From Thermoanaerobaculia bacterium (GTDB lineage: Bacteria > Acidobacteriota > Thermoanaerobaculia > Multivoradales > Multivoraceae), in contig OY761158.1 of the NCBI GenBank assembly GCA_963664405.1, forward strand, positions 352,001-416,000: a DNA stretch of 64,000 bases, read 5' to 3'. Each line of letters begins with the position of its first letter. The stretch's first letter is position 1. Positions 21,226 to 30,293 of the stretch are shown piece after piece. The translations under genes were made by a program, and so were the position numbers. The notes below the pieces were generated by a model, which did not search any database, was not told the origin of the DNA, and saw only the letters and a program-made list of their open reading frames with translations.

Positions 21226-22290
21226 TCAGGGCGTGAAGTCGCGATCGGCCGCCATCGAGCTCACGAACGCGGAGAGCAGCCGCGCGGCCGCATCGAGGTC
21301 GTCGAGTGAGATCATTTCGACGGGAGTATGCATGTAGCGATTCGGGATGCCGAGGGCCGCGGTCACCACCCCCGCGCGCGTGAGCTGGAGTACGTTGGCA
21401 TCGTTGGGAGTCCCCCTTGGCGCGCCTTTGTGCTGCAGCGGAATATCCTCCTTCTCCGCCACGGTGCACAGGAGGTCCCACAGGCGCGGGTTGATATTCG
21501 GCCCCCGGAAGAGTACTGGCCCCTTGCCCAGCTCCACTTCGCCATGCTCGCGACGATCTATCGTCGGGCAATCGGTGGCGTGAGTGACGTCGACTCCGAT
21601 TCCGATGTCCGGGTCGATACCATAGGCCGCCGTGGTGGCGCCGCGCAGGCCGACCTCCTCCTGAACGGCCGAAACCACGAAGAGGGAACCGTCGAAGCGG
21701 GCCTTGGCCAGACGACGAAGGGTCTCGCAGACGACGAAGAGGCCGGCGGTATTGTCCATCTTGGGTCCGGCAAGCCTCCGATTCGGGAGGTCCACCGAAC
21801 CGAGGCGGAGGGTCACCGGATCTCCGATGCGCACACTCTCACGCGCCTCTTCCGCCGAGACCGCGCCGATGTCTATCCACAGATCGGAGATCTTGGTCGC
21901 CTTCCTCGCTTCCTCGGCGGAGAGAAGGTGTTTCGGCTTGCGGCCGATGACACCCGCTAGCGCCCCTGCGCCGCTCCACACCACGACGGCTTGGCCCAAC
22001 AAGATGGGCAGGTCCCATCCTCCTATCGGCTGCACGTAGAGGAAACCGTGTTTATCGATGTGTTGCACCATGAGACCGATCTGATCGCAATGGCCATCCA
22101 GAAGGATTCTCGGTCGCCCGCCCGCGTTGAGGGTCGCGATCACGTTGCCATGAACATCGGTGCACACCTCATCCGCGTACTCGTCCATCCAACGACGGAC
22201 TATGGCCTGCGCCTGCTCTTCGTACCCCGAGGGGCTAGCGGTATTGAGTAGCTCGTCCAGCAACTGTCTCGATTCTTGCTCGATCGTCAT
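21226..22290 (-). CDS. M42 family metallopeptidase
   Basis: SPSGYE, GHCDQIG, DNTAG, QEEVGLRGA, DVTHATD, RYMHTPVE; ATGA overlap with the upstream gene. Confidence 0.9.
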   Translation of the reverse strand: MTIEQESRQLLDELLNTASPSGYEEQAQAIVRRWMDEYADEVCTDVHGNVIATLNAGGRPRILLDGHCDQIGLMVQHIDKHGFLYVQPIGGWDLPILLGQAVVVWSGAGALAGVIGRKPKHLLSAEEARKATKISDLWIDIGAVSAEEARESVRIGDPVTLRLGSVDLPNRRLAGPKMDNTAGLFVVCETLRRLAKARFDGSLFVVSAVQEEVGLRGATTAAYGIDPDIGIGVDVTHATDCPTIDRREHGEVELGKGPVLFRGPNINPRLWDLLCTVAEKEDIPLQHKGAPRGTPNDANVLQLTRAGVVTAALGIPNRYMHTPVEMISLDDLDAAARLLSAFVSSMAADRDFTP

Positions 22291-23264
22291 CCCCAAAGCT
22301 CCCTAGGTGGTGGTGAAAGGACGCCGCGGTCGTAGCGAAGACACGGCAGCCGATCCTCCGCAAGTAAGAGCGGACCGTCTAGATCGACAAACTCGCAATT
22401 CTGCCCGATCAGAGAAGCGGGCGCCATCGCCAACGACGTACCAAGCATGCAACCCACCATCAGGCGAAGCCCCCGGCTCTGTGCATCTTCAGCGAGAGCA
22501 AGAGCCTCGGTCAGGCCCCCGGTCTTGTCGAGCTTTATGTTGATGAACTGGTAGCGGCCCTCGACCGCATCCAGCGAGCCGCGATCCAGGCAGGACTCAT
22601 CGGCCGCCACCGGTAAGGGGAGGCGGAGAGAATCGAGCGCAGCGTCTTCCCCAGCGGGCAGAGGTTGCTCGATGAGCTCGACACCGAGTGCGTCGAGACG
22701 CTCCGCCGCATCCTCCAGGATATCGGCGGTCCAGGCCTCGTTCGCATCGACGATGATTCGACTCTGCGGAGCGGCCTCACGCACAGCGCGCACTCGGGCG
22801 ACGCTCCCCTCTCGGCCGAGCTTGACCTTCAACAACGGGCGATCCGCGACACCCCCCGCCTGCTCAGCCATCAGCGCAGGCTCGTCGAGGCTGATGGTGT
22901 AAGCGGTGACGATCTCCCTCAGACCGTCGAGACCTGCGAGTCGCCACGCCGGAACATCCTCGCGCTTCGACTGCAGATCCCAGAGGGCGCAGTCGAGGGC
23001 ATTGCGAGCGGCGCCCGCACCGAGAAGCTCCTGGAGCTGGTCTCGATCGAGCCCGCCCTCGACCCGCGGACGCAAGTCCTCCAACTCGGTCCTGGAGCGC
23101 TCGATCGTCTCGCCAGAGATTCGGAATGGGCAAGCTTCGCCCCGCCCGACGAGCCCGTCCTCCTCGACCTCGACAACAAGCACTTCAACAGAGGTCACAG
23201 CACCTCGGGAGATCCGAAATACGCCTGCAACCGGCCATATCTCTTGCGACAATGTCAGCTTCAC
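22287..23264 (-). CDS. dgcA: Enolase-superfamily epimerase (N-acetyl-D-Glu racemase DgcA / L-Ala-D/L-Glu epimerase)
   Basis: KVK, DANEAW, EQP, ADES, NIKLDKTGG, DLDGPL; adjacent to DUF1611. Confidence 0.82.
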   Translation of the reverse strand: MKLTLSQEIWPVAGVFRISRGAVTSVEVLVVEVEEDGLVGRGEACPFRISGETIERSRTELEDLRPRVEGGLDRDQLQELLGAGAARNALDCALWDLQSKREDVPAWRLAGLDGLREIVTAYTISLDEPALMAEQAGGVADRPLLKVKLGREGSVARVRAVREAAPQSRIIVDANEAWTADILEDAAERLDALGVELIEQPLPAGEDAALDSLRLPLPVAADESCLDRGSLDAVEGRYQFINIKLDKTGGLTEALALAEDAQSRGLRLMVGCMLGTSLAMAPASLIGQNCEFVDLDGPLLLAEDRLPCLRYDRGVLSPPPRELWG

Positions 23265-24265
23265 GAAGTCTCCAAGCGATCTACCAGCGCGGCCACGCCG
23301 GTCCTGATCGGGTCCACACAGGGTAAGTCGAGTCTACGGCCGATTTCGTCGAGAAGGTTCTCGGCCGCGGCCGTGCTCATCCCCTCGGTGTTGACAGAGA
23401 TACCGACGCACTCTGCCTTGGGGTTGGTGAGACGCGCCGCCTCCACATTGCGGGTAGCGCACTCACCAAGGCTCGGCAGGCCGAACTTCTCGAACCCGTG
23501 GACTCGTTCGCGACCGGCTCGGTGGCAGAGCACCAGAGCATCCGGCTGACTACCATGGATGAGGCCGAGAGTGACTCCAGCATAGCCGGGGTGAAAGAGA
23601 GACCCCTGGCCTTCGATTACATCCCAATGGTCGGGATCATTCTCCGGTGATAGCCACTCGGCGGCTCCCGAAACGAAGTCCGAAACGACGGCGTCCACCG
23701 AGACTCCTCCGCCCGCGATCAGAATGCCGGTCTGCCCCGTTCCCCGAAAGTTCGAGCTCATTCCTCGCCTACGCATCTCTCTGTCGATCGCGAGCGCGGA
23801 ATACATCTTGCCGACCGAACAGTCGGTGCCAACGGTTAGAAGACGCTTGCCCGCACGCCTCTCCCCGGTGCCAACCGGAAAGGTGCGCCCAGGGTTTCGG
23901 ACGTCGAAGAGGCGGCGGCCGTAGCGCTCGGCAACAGTCCGCACCGACTCCAGATCGCGCAATCGTGCGTGCAGTCCGGAGGCTACATCGAGACCGCAGC
24001 GCAGGGCGTCGACGACTGAGCTCTGCCAGTGCTCCGGAATGACCCCGCCCACGTTTGCGACACCGACCACCATGGTTCTGGCACCCAGATCACTGGCCTC
24101 GGCGGGAGTGAGCTCGGGCAGACCGAGATCCGAGCCGACGCCGCCGATGCGTAGTTGACCGATGCACGCCTCGGGGCACCAATGGGCGAGGCCACGAGCC
24201 GTTTTGGCGAGAGCCGAGCTCTCCTCGTCTCCCAAGAAAAGGAGGTAGGGGGTAAGGATCTCCAT
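23261..24265 (-). CDS. dgcN: DUF1611 protein (D-glutamate N-acetyltransferase DgcN-like)
   Basis: PYLLFLGD...AKTA, VGTDCSVGKM, TGQTGILI, EGQGSLFHP. Confidence 0.85.
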   Translation of the reverse strand: MEILTPYLLFLGDEESSALAKTARGLAHWCPEACIGQLRIGGVGSDLGLPELTPAEASDLGARTMVVGVANVGGVIPEHWQSSVVDALRCGLDVASGLHARLRDLESVRTVAERYGRRLFDVRNPGRTFPVGTGERRAGKRLLTVGTDCSVGKMYSALAIDREMRRRGMSSNFRGTGQTGILIAGGGVSVDAVVSDFVSGAAEWLSPENDPDHWDVIEGQGSLFHPGYAGVTLGLIHGSQPDALVLCHRAGRERVHGFEKFGLPSLGECATRNVEAARLTNPKAECVGISVNTEGMSTAAAENLLDEIGRRLDLPCVDPIRTGVAALVDRLETS

Positions 24266-24314
24266 GCTCTTGCGCGGCAGGCGAGTATACAGTCTGGCGA
24301 TGGCCGCAGCTCCG

Positions 24315-25664
24315 ATGTCCAGACTCACGACCCTCTCTCTCGCCGCGGGACTCCTCTTAGGCTGTTCGCCACAGCCCCCTGTTTCACCACCACCTCAGAA
24401 CGTCATTCTGCTCTTGGTCGACACGCTTCGAGCAGACCACCTCGGCACCTACGGATACTCTCGCTCGACAAGCCCGGGTCTCGACAGGCTCGCCGAGAAC
24501 ATGGTGGTCTTCGAGAATGCTCTGAGCCAGGCCGCCTGTACCTTTCCGTCGGTCAATTCCATCTTCACTTCGCGCTATCCCGCCAGTTTCAGGCCCTCTT
24601 CGCCGGGGGATTGGAGCATTCCGGCGAGTCTCGCCACCTTGCCCGAGATTCTGCTCGAGAGGGGCTACTCGACGATAGCCATCTCTGCCAGTCCCGTGGT
24701 CCGACGAACACCTTCCCATCACAACACCACCGGCGGCTACGATCGAGGTTTCTCGGTATTCGACGAGACCTGCCTCGGCAAAGACGCGAGCTGTATCGGT
24801 CAGCGGGCCCGCCATCTGCTGACCGAGCCGGACGCTCCGGTCTTTCTCTACCTCCACTATATGGAGCCGCACAACCCCTACCAGCCTCCCCCCCATCATC
24901 GGCGCCGCTTCGCCACCGCCTCGAGGCCAACGCCTTTCATTCGACGTGGGAATCTGGGGCCGATCAGCCGAATGCTCTATCTCGGCGGCGACGCGGTCGA
25001 TGTAGGAGCCGAGGATCGGCGCCACCTCGTGGACCTCTACGACGACGAGATCTCTTATCTCGACAGCTCTGTGACCGCACTGCTCCAAGACATCGATCGT
25101 ACACTCGACCCCGCCGAAACGATCCTGGTCATCGCCTCTGACCATGGTGAAGAGCTCTTCGACCACGGTGAGGTGAGTCACTGCCGCGATCTTGCCTGGC
25201 AGAGCGTCCTCCATGTGCCGCTGGCCTTTCGCATTCCGCGCGTCTCCGGCCGGCGACGAAGCTCACCCGTCGAGAACCTCGACATCGTTCCCACCATCCT
25301 CGACTATCTTCGCTTCCCCTCGTCGGCCCTCGCGCTCGAGGGCCGGAGCCTGCGCCCTCTGATCGAGGGTAACGAGGCCGTCCACCAATATGTCTTTGCC
25401 GCTCAGGGGCGTTATCGCGTGGTCAGTGACGGCCGCTTCAAGCTGCGCCTTGACCTCGCTACCCAAGCGCAGTCTCTCTACGACCTGGAGGCGGACCCCG
25501 GCGAGATCAACGACCTCAGCGGCCAGGGCAGAGACCATGAGGATCTCTTGTCGGAGGCGCTACGGCAGTGGCTTGGTGGCCAAGAGCAGCTCGGCGCGAC
25601 GGCCGATGCGCTCGAGCAGGCCAGAGAGACGCAGCGCCAGCTCGACGCCCTCGGCTACCTTTAG
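24315..25664 (+). CDS. Sulfatase-like lipoprotein
   Basis: Lipobox LLGC, VDTLRADHLG, HYMEPHNPY, SDHGEE; the canonical CxPxR is replaced by CTFPSV. Confidence 0.85.
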   Translation: MSRLTTLSLAAGLLLGCSPQPPVSPPPQNVILLLVDTLRADHLGTYGYSRSTSPGLDRLAENMVVFENALSQAACTFPSVNSIFTSRYPASFRPSSPGDWSIPASLATLPEILLERGYSTIAISASPVVRRTPSHHNTTGGYDRGFSVFDETCLGKDASCIGQRARHLLTEPDAPVFLYLHYMEPHNPYQPPPHHRRRFATASRPTPFIRRGNLGPISRMLYLGGDAVDVGAEDRRHLVDLYDDEISYLDSSVTALLQDIDRTLDPAETILVIASDHGEELFDHGEVSHCRDLAWQSVLHVPLAFRIPRVSGRRRSSPVENLDIVPTILDYLRFPSSALALEGRSLRPLIEGNEAVHQYVFAAQGRYRVVSDGRFKLRLDLATQAQSLYDLEADPGEINDLSGQGRDHEDLLSEALRQWLGGQEQLGATADALEQARETQRQLDALGYL

Positions 25665-26245
25665 AATCCCTCTTCGCCCTCGACCGCGCTCTGGAAGTCC
25701 TCGACCTTGTGACTCATCATCACCAAGTCGTGACTGTTGCCATCCAAATCCTTGACGTGGTCCTTGAGCAGGGCCTCCGGGCGGAAACCAAGGGACTCGA
25801 AGACCGAGATCGCTCCCTTCTGATCCACCGTCATGCGCGCCACCATCTTCTCTATACCGCTGCGCAGGGCGGTCTTGAAGCCCTCTTGCGTCAGCAGCCG
25901 CCCCAGGCCCTTGCCTCTCACCGCTGGAGACACGACCACTCGAAGCTCAGCGACATGCGCGGACCATCGAAGCGCGTTGCGGTGAATGGTGCCATAGCCC
26001 ACTACTTCATCGTCCGAGCGGGCGAGAACGGTCAGCGCATCTCCGGACTCGACATCACGGAGCCAGTCCTCGATCACCTCGAGCTGAGTGATATCGCGCC
26101 TCAAGAAGAGTAAGTCGTGCTCCTCCAGCCCTTGGGAAAAGGCGAGCACTGCCTCCGCGTCCTTGGCGCTCATGTACGACAGAATGACTTGCAGCTCACC
26201 AAGCTGCCGGATCGCCGGGTAATCAGGATCTCGTTCCAAGCTCAT
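25661..26245 (-). CDS. GNAT family N-acetyltransferase
   Basis: VSPAVRGKGLG acetyl-CoA motif, FESLGF. Confidence 0.85.
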   Translation of the reverse strand: MSLERDPDYPAIRQLGELQVILSYMSAKDAEAVLAFSQGLEEHDLLFLRRDITQLEVIEDWLRDVESGDALTVLARSDDEVVGYGTIHRNALRWSAHVAELRVVVSPAVRGKGLGRLLTQEGFKTALRSGIEKMVARMTVDQKGAISVFESLGFRPEALLKDHVKDLDGNSHDLVMMSHKVEDFQSAVEGEEGF

Positions 26246-26435
26246 AAACAACGCTCCGCAAGCCACACATCACTGGCCGCATCCATGAGGGGGTAGCCGA
26301 AACTCTGGGGAGGGTCCTTGTCACTCATCGAGTCGCTCAGGCTCACGACTGGAGCCGGCAGTCTATCCCGAGATCGATCTCCTGCGGCACCGCCGGCCTC
26401 AGTTGAAATTTGGCATCTTCACCCAGACGACCTAG

Positions 26436-27989
26436 GAGTCTGCGCGGCAGAAACGGAGTGTTTAGTGAAGAGATCGAAGACGGAGTAGAGTTGTGGCATG
26501 CCAACGTCATTTCGTCCGTATGCCCCGGATCAGCTGTATCTGTTAGCTCCGAGCCCTCGTGACTGGTTGCCGGAGGGTCACTTGGTGTACTTCATCTCCG
26601 AGACGGTGGAGGCGCTGGATCTGTCGTCGTTCTACGCTCGTTACGAGGGGGATGGTCGTCGGAATCAGCCGTTCGATCCTCGGATGATGGTGAAGGTTTT
26701 GCTGTATGCGTATGCGACGGGGACGTATTCGTCGCGTGGCATCGCGCGCAAGCTCGAGGAGGACGTGGCCTATCGTTTTCTGGCGGCGGGCAACTCTCCG
26801 GCGCATCGCACGATTTGTGAGTTTCGTCAGCTTCATTTGGCGGCCTTCCACGCACTGTTCGTGCAGGTGGTGCAGATCGCGCGTGAGGCCGGGGTGTTGC
26901 GTCTGGGGACGTTGGTGGTGGACGGTACGAAGGTCAAGGCCAACGCGAGCAAGCGCAAGTCGATGAGCTACGGTCGAATGCTGGAGGAGGAGAAGCGTCT
27001 GGAGGAGGAGATCGCCGCGCTGATGGCGCAGGCCGAGGCGGTGGATACGGCTGAGGATGCCGAGCATGGAGCGCAGCTGCGCGGCGATGAGCTGCCGGCC
27101 GAGCTGCAACGGCGCGAGCAGCGCTTGGCGAAGATCCAGGAGGCGAAGGCGCGCCTCGAGGCGCGCCAGGCCGAGAAGGACCGCGCGCGCGGCCGTACGG
27201 AGGATGACGACGACGATCCGCCTCGTCGCGGACGCCCCTTCGCGCGCGATTTCGGTGTTCCGGAGGACCGGGCCCAAGACAACTTCACCGATCCGCAGAG
27301 TCGGATCATGAAAACGGTCCATGGCTACGATCAGTGCTACAACGGCCAGTTGGCGGTGGAGGAAGAGTCGCAGATGATCGTCTCGACGAGCCTGACGAAC
27401 AACGCCGCGGACGTGGACCAGATGATGCCGTTGCTCTCCCGGGCGAAGGCGGCGCTGGGGGAGGATCCCGAGCAGGTCTTGGCGGACGCGGGGTATCGCA
27501 GCGAGGCGACATTCCTCGAACTCGAGGAGCGAAGCATTGACGCTCACATCTCCTTGGGTCGAGAGGGAAAGAAGTGGGAAGTGAGTACGCAGCTCGAAGC
27601 GTCTCACCGCATGCAGATCAAACTCGCCAGCGAGGCCGGCAAGCAACGCTACCGACGGCGCAAGGCGGTCGTGGAACCGGTGATCGGGTGGATCAAAGAG
27701 GTGCTGGGCTTCCGACGATTCAGCCTCCGGGGCCAAGACAATGTCGGCCACGAGTGGGATCTGGTGTGTCTGGCCGTCAACTTGAAGCGCTTCCACGTCC
27801 TCCAAGCGGCTTCATGAGCCGCTCCGGGCCATGCCACCGAGTTAGAGCTCACTATACGACCCGCATCGCGCTTCCTGACGCCTCGTCAGGCTTGCTCAAC
27901 GCACTCTCCGCCATCCGAAACCCAATGCGGCGTCCATTCTGCAGCGCGATCGAAGCTTCACCGTACCCGCACTCCTGCCGCGCAGACTC
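26436..27989 (+). mobile_element. IS1182-family insertion sequence, copy 1
   Basis: TIR gagtctgcgcggcag / ctgccgcgcagactc; CTAG duplication at 26432-26435 and 27990-27993; 1554 bp, matching 51462-53015. Confidence 0.93.
26498..27817 (+). CDS. IS1182-family DDE transposase
   Basis: DUF772-type N-terminus (FDPRMMVKVLLYAY), VDGTKVKANAS, NFTDPQSRIM, LADAGY, VEPVIGWIK. Confidence 0.93.
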   Translation: MPTSFRPYAPDQLYLLAPSPRDWLPEGHLVYFISETVEALDLSSFYARYEGDGRRNQPFDPRMMVKVLLYAYATGTYSSRGIARKLEEDVAYRFLAAGNSPAHRTICEFRQLHLAAFHALFVQVVQIAREAGVLRLGTLVVDGTKVKANASKRKSMSYGRMLEEEKRLEEEIAALMAQAEAVDTAEDAEHGAQLRGDELPAELQRREQRLAKIQEAKARLEARQAEKDRARGRTEDDDDDPPRRGRPFARDFGVPEDRAQDNFTDPQSRIMKTVHGYDQCYNGQLAVEEESQMIVSTSLTNNAADVDQMMPLLSRAKAALGEDPEQVLADAGYRSEATFLELEERSIDAHISLGREGKKWEVSTQLEASHRMQIKLASEAGKQRYRRRKAVVEPVIGWIKEVLGFRRFSLRGQDNVGHEWDLVCLAVNLKRFHVLQAAS

Positions 27990-28186
27990 CTAGCCTGGAT
28001 TATTCATGAGGTCCGTAGCGAGGTGCCGCAGATGCCCGGAGATACAAGGCGTCGCGACCGAGGGCACCGCAGGCGTATTTGGCAATACGTCGAGGGGCGC
28101 GATGGGGACGCCCAGTCCGAGCGCAACGAAGTAGATTCGGGCAGCTGCGGCACCGCAGTAGGAGCTTCATGAACAATCCAGGCTAG
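27990..28186 (+). repeat. CTAG-bounded palindromic element E5 (arm type D)
   Basis: Arms ctagcctggattattcatga / tcatgaacaatccaggctag; core cgtatt-tggc-aatacg (compensatory variant) at 28074-28089. Confidence 0.88.
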
Positions 28187-28198
28187 GATACGCAGGCC

Positions 28199-29257
28199 AT
28201 GAGTGAGACTCCTAGAGCTGGGCAGGTAGTGGCGGTAGTCGGCGCGACGGGAGCCGTCGGTGCGGTCCTGCTCGAGGTTCTCGAGGAGCGTTCGTTTCCG
28301 GTGGCCGAGTTACGCCCACTGGCCAGCGCGAGATCCGCAGGCTCGACGATCGAATTCTGCGGTCAGCAAGTGCGGGTCGAAGAAGCGACGCCTGAGAGCT
28401 TCGATGGCGCCGACTTCGTTTTTTTCGCCGCGACTGGTTCTCTTTCTCGTGATCTCGCACCAGAAGTCGCCCGTCGGGGCGGCGTGGCCATCGACAAGTC
28501 CTCGACCTGGCGTATGGATCCGCGGGTGCCATTGGTGGTTCCTGAAATCAACGCCGACAGCCTCGAAGGTCACGAGGGGATCATCTCCTGCCCCAACTGC
28601 ACCACCATCGGTCTGGTCATGGCACTCGAGCCCCTGCGCCGAATGGCCGGTCTTCGCAGTGTCGTCGTTACGACTCTTCAAGCCGTCAGTGGCGCGGGCC
28701 TTCCCGGTCTCGAAGAGCTCCGCGAGCAGCAAGTGGCTCTCCAGGCCGGCGAGTCGGTGCCTGAGCCCGAGACCTTTGCCGCACAGATCGCGGATAACGT
28801 AGTCGCTCTGTGCGACACGCTTGGCGACGACGGCTACACCGCCGAGGAGAACAAGCTTCTTGACGAGACTCGAAAGATCCTCACCCTGCCTGATCTACCG
28901 GTCAGCATGACCTGTGTGCGGGTACCCGTTCCCGTCGGTCACTCGGCCACTGTGCTGGTCGAGACCGAGCAAGAGCTCGACCTCGACGCCGCCCGAGAGG
29001 CTCTCGCTGCCTTCCCCGGCGTTGAGGTGTTGACCGACGACCAGCTCCCTTCTCCAGCTGCCGTCGCCGGCCGTGACGAAGTGCTCATCGGCCGAGTCCG
29101 GCGCGACCTCCACAGCAGTCGGATCTGGCTCTGGGAGGTCAGCGACAACCTCCGCAAGGGCGCTGCGACCAACGCGGTTCAGATAGCTGAAGAGTTATTG
29201 CGACGAAACCTAGCCGGTGTTCGTGAAGACGCCGCCATATTGGCACCTCTTTCTTAA
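28199..29257 (+). CDS. asd: Aspartate-semialdehyde dehydrogenase
   Basis: VGATGAVG, PLVVPEIN, PNCTT, QAVSGAG, CVRVPV..GHS, DNLRKGAATN. Confidence 0.95.
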   Translation: MSETPRAGQVVAVVGATGAVGAVLLEVLEERSFPVAELRPLASARSAGSTIEFCGQQVRVEEATPESFDGADFVFFAATGSLSRDLAPEVARRGGVAIDKSSTWRMDPRVPLVVPEINADSLEGHEGIISCPNCTTIGLVMALEPLRRMAGLRSVVVTTLQAVSGAGLPGLEELREQQVALQAGESVPEPETFAAQIADNVVALCDTLGDDGYTAEENKLLDETRKILTLPDLPVSMTCVRVPVPVGHSATVLVETEQELDLDAAREALAAFPGVEVLTDDQLPSPAAVAGRDEVLIGRVRRDLHSSRIWLWEVSDNLRKGAATNAVQIAEELLRRNLAGVREDAAILAPLS

Positions 29258-29323
29258 ACGCAATTAGCCTTCCCTCCCCCCCCCCCGGTACCGAGGCGGC
29301 TCGGAGTGTTTGCCACTCCAATT

Positions 29324-29338
29324 TGGCACGGTTCTTGC
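29324..29338 (+). promoter_or_regulatory. Sigma-54 (-24/-12) promoter upstream of the TonB gene
   Basis: TGGCACG-gttc-TTGC matches the RpoN consensus TGGCACGNNNNTTGC, in an intergenic region. Confidence 0.7.
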
Positions 29339-29496
29339 GAAAATTTGGCTATCCGTGGCCGAGAGCTTCGGCAGAGAACCTCGACCCGGTTTCAAGCGTA
29401 GATAGTAGTGAGAGGCAGCCGATACAACATCCAAGCAGTGCAGCTCCTAAGCAGGCGGCCCTAGATCCCAGTAACTAACCTTTTGTAGGTCTCGAC

Positions 29497-30246
29497 ATGG
29501 CACTAAGACTCGAACGAAAATACGACCAGCGCTTCAGCAACAGCTCTCCTTCGCGCTCCACTTCGAGAAGTCTCGCGCTCGGAGTTCCGTCCTTCATTCT
29601 GGACACTCAGAAAGACGATCGCGTCATGTTCTGGGCCGTGGGGGCAGCCGCTCTCTTTCACGCCGTTCTCTTCATGGTGACCTTTCCTTCTTTCCGCAAT
29701 ACAGAGCCACGGACGCTGAAGAGCTCGCAAAAGGCGTATGTCATCCAGCAGGTACGTTTCAAACAACCAGAGCCGGTCAAGGCCAATCCTCTACCCAAGA
29801 AGCGAGTCAAGAAAATACCGATTCCAGACCCGACACCCGATCTTCCCGAGCCCATCCGCACCTACGAGTACGAAGCCCCGGAGATTGACGTTCCAGAGAT
29901 CGGCGACTTCGAGATTGCCGGTCTCCCGGACGCTCCCCCGGGCGCCGGCGTTCCTGGGGCCATATCAATGGGTGGCGAGGTCGACCCTCCGGAAAAGCTC
30001 TTCGCGCCTCAGCCGGGGTACACCGAGGAGGCGCGCCAAGCCCGTGTACAGGGCGTCGTGATCCTGCAAGCGGTGATCGACGCGCTCGGCCAAGTGACGA
30101 ACATCAAGGTGCTCAAGGGGCTTCCTCAGGGCCTCGCCGATGCCGCGGTGATGACCGTCGCGACCTGGAGGTTCAAGCCCGCCACGCTCAAGGGCAAGCC
30201 GGTACCGGTGTACTACAACTTCACCGTCAACTTCTCGTTGCAGTAG
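29497..30246 (+). CDS. TonB family energy transducer
   Basis: TM anchor, Pro-rich linker, C-domain PGYTEEARQARVQGVV...WRFKPA. Confidence 0.88.
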   Translation: MALRLERKYDQRFSNSSPSRSTSRSLALGVPSFILDTQKDDRVMFWAVGAAALFHAVLFMVTFPSFRNTEPRTLKSSQKAYVIQQVRFKQPEPVKANPLPKKRVKKIPIPDPTPDLPEPIRTYEYEAPEIDVPEIGDFEIAGLPDAPPGAGVPGAISMGGEVDPPEKLFAPQPGYTEEARQARVQGVVILQAVIDALGQVTNIKVLKGLPQGLADAAVMTVATWRFKPATLKGKPVPVYYNFTVNFSLQ

Positions 30247-30293
30247 TCGGGGCGTAGAGCTCTTGCGCCCCGCGGACCGTGGGTCGTCCGGCG

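Noticed and set aside
7299-28186. Palindromic elements as integron attC sites, CRISPR repeats or simple terminators
   Set aside because: No RYYYAAC/GTTRRRY ends, no integron integrase, no regular repeat-spacer period and no U-tracts; they lie between ordinary chromosomal genes.
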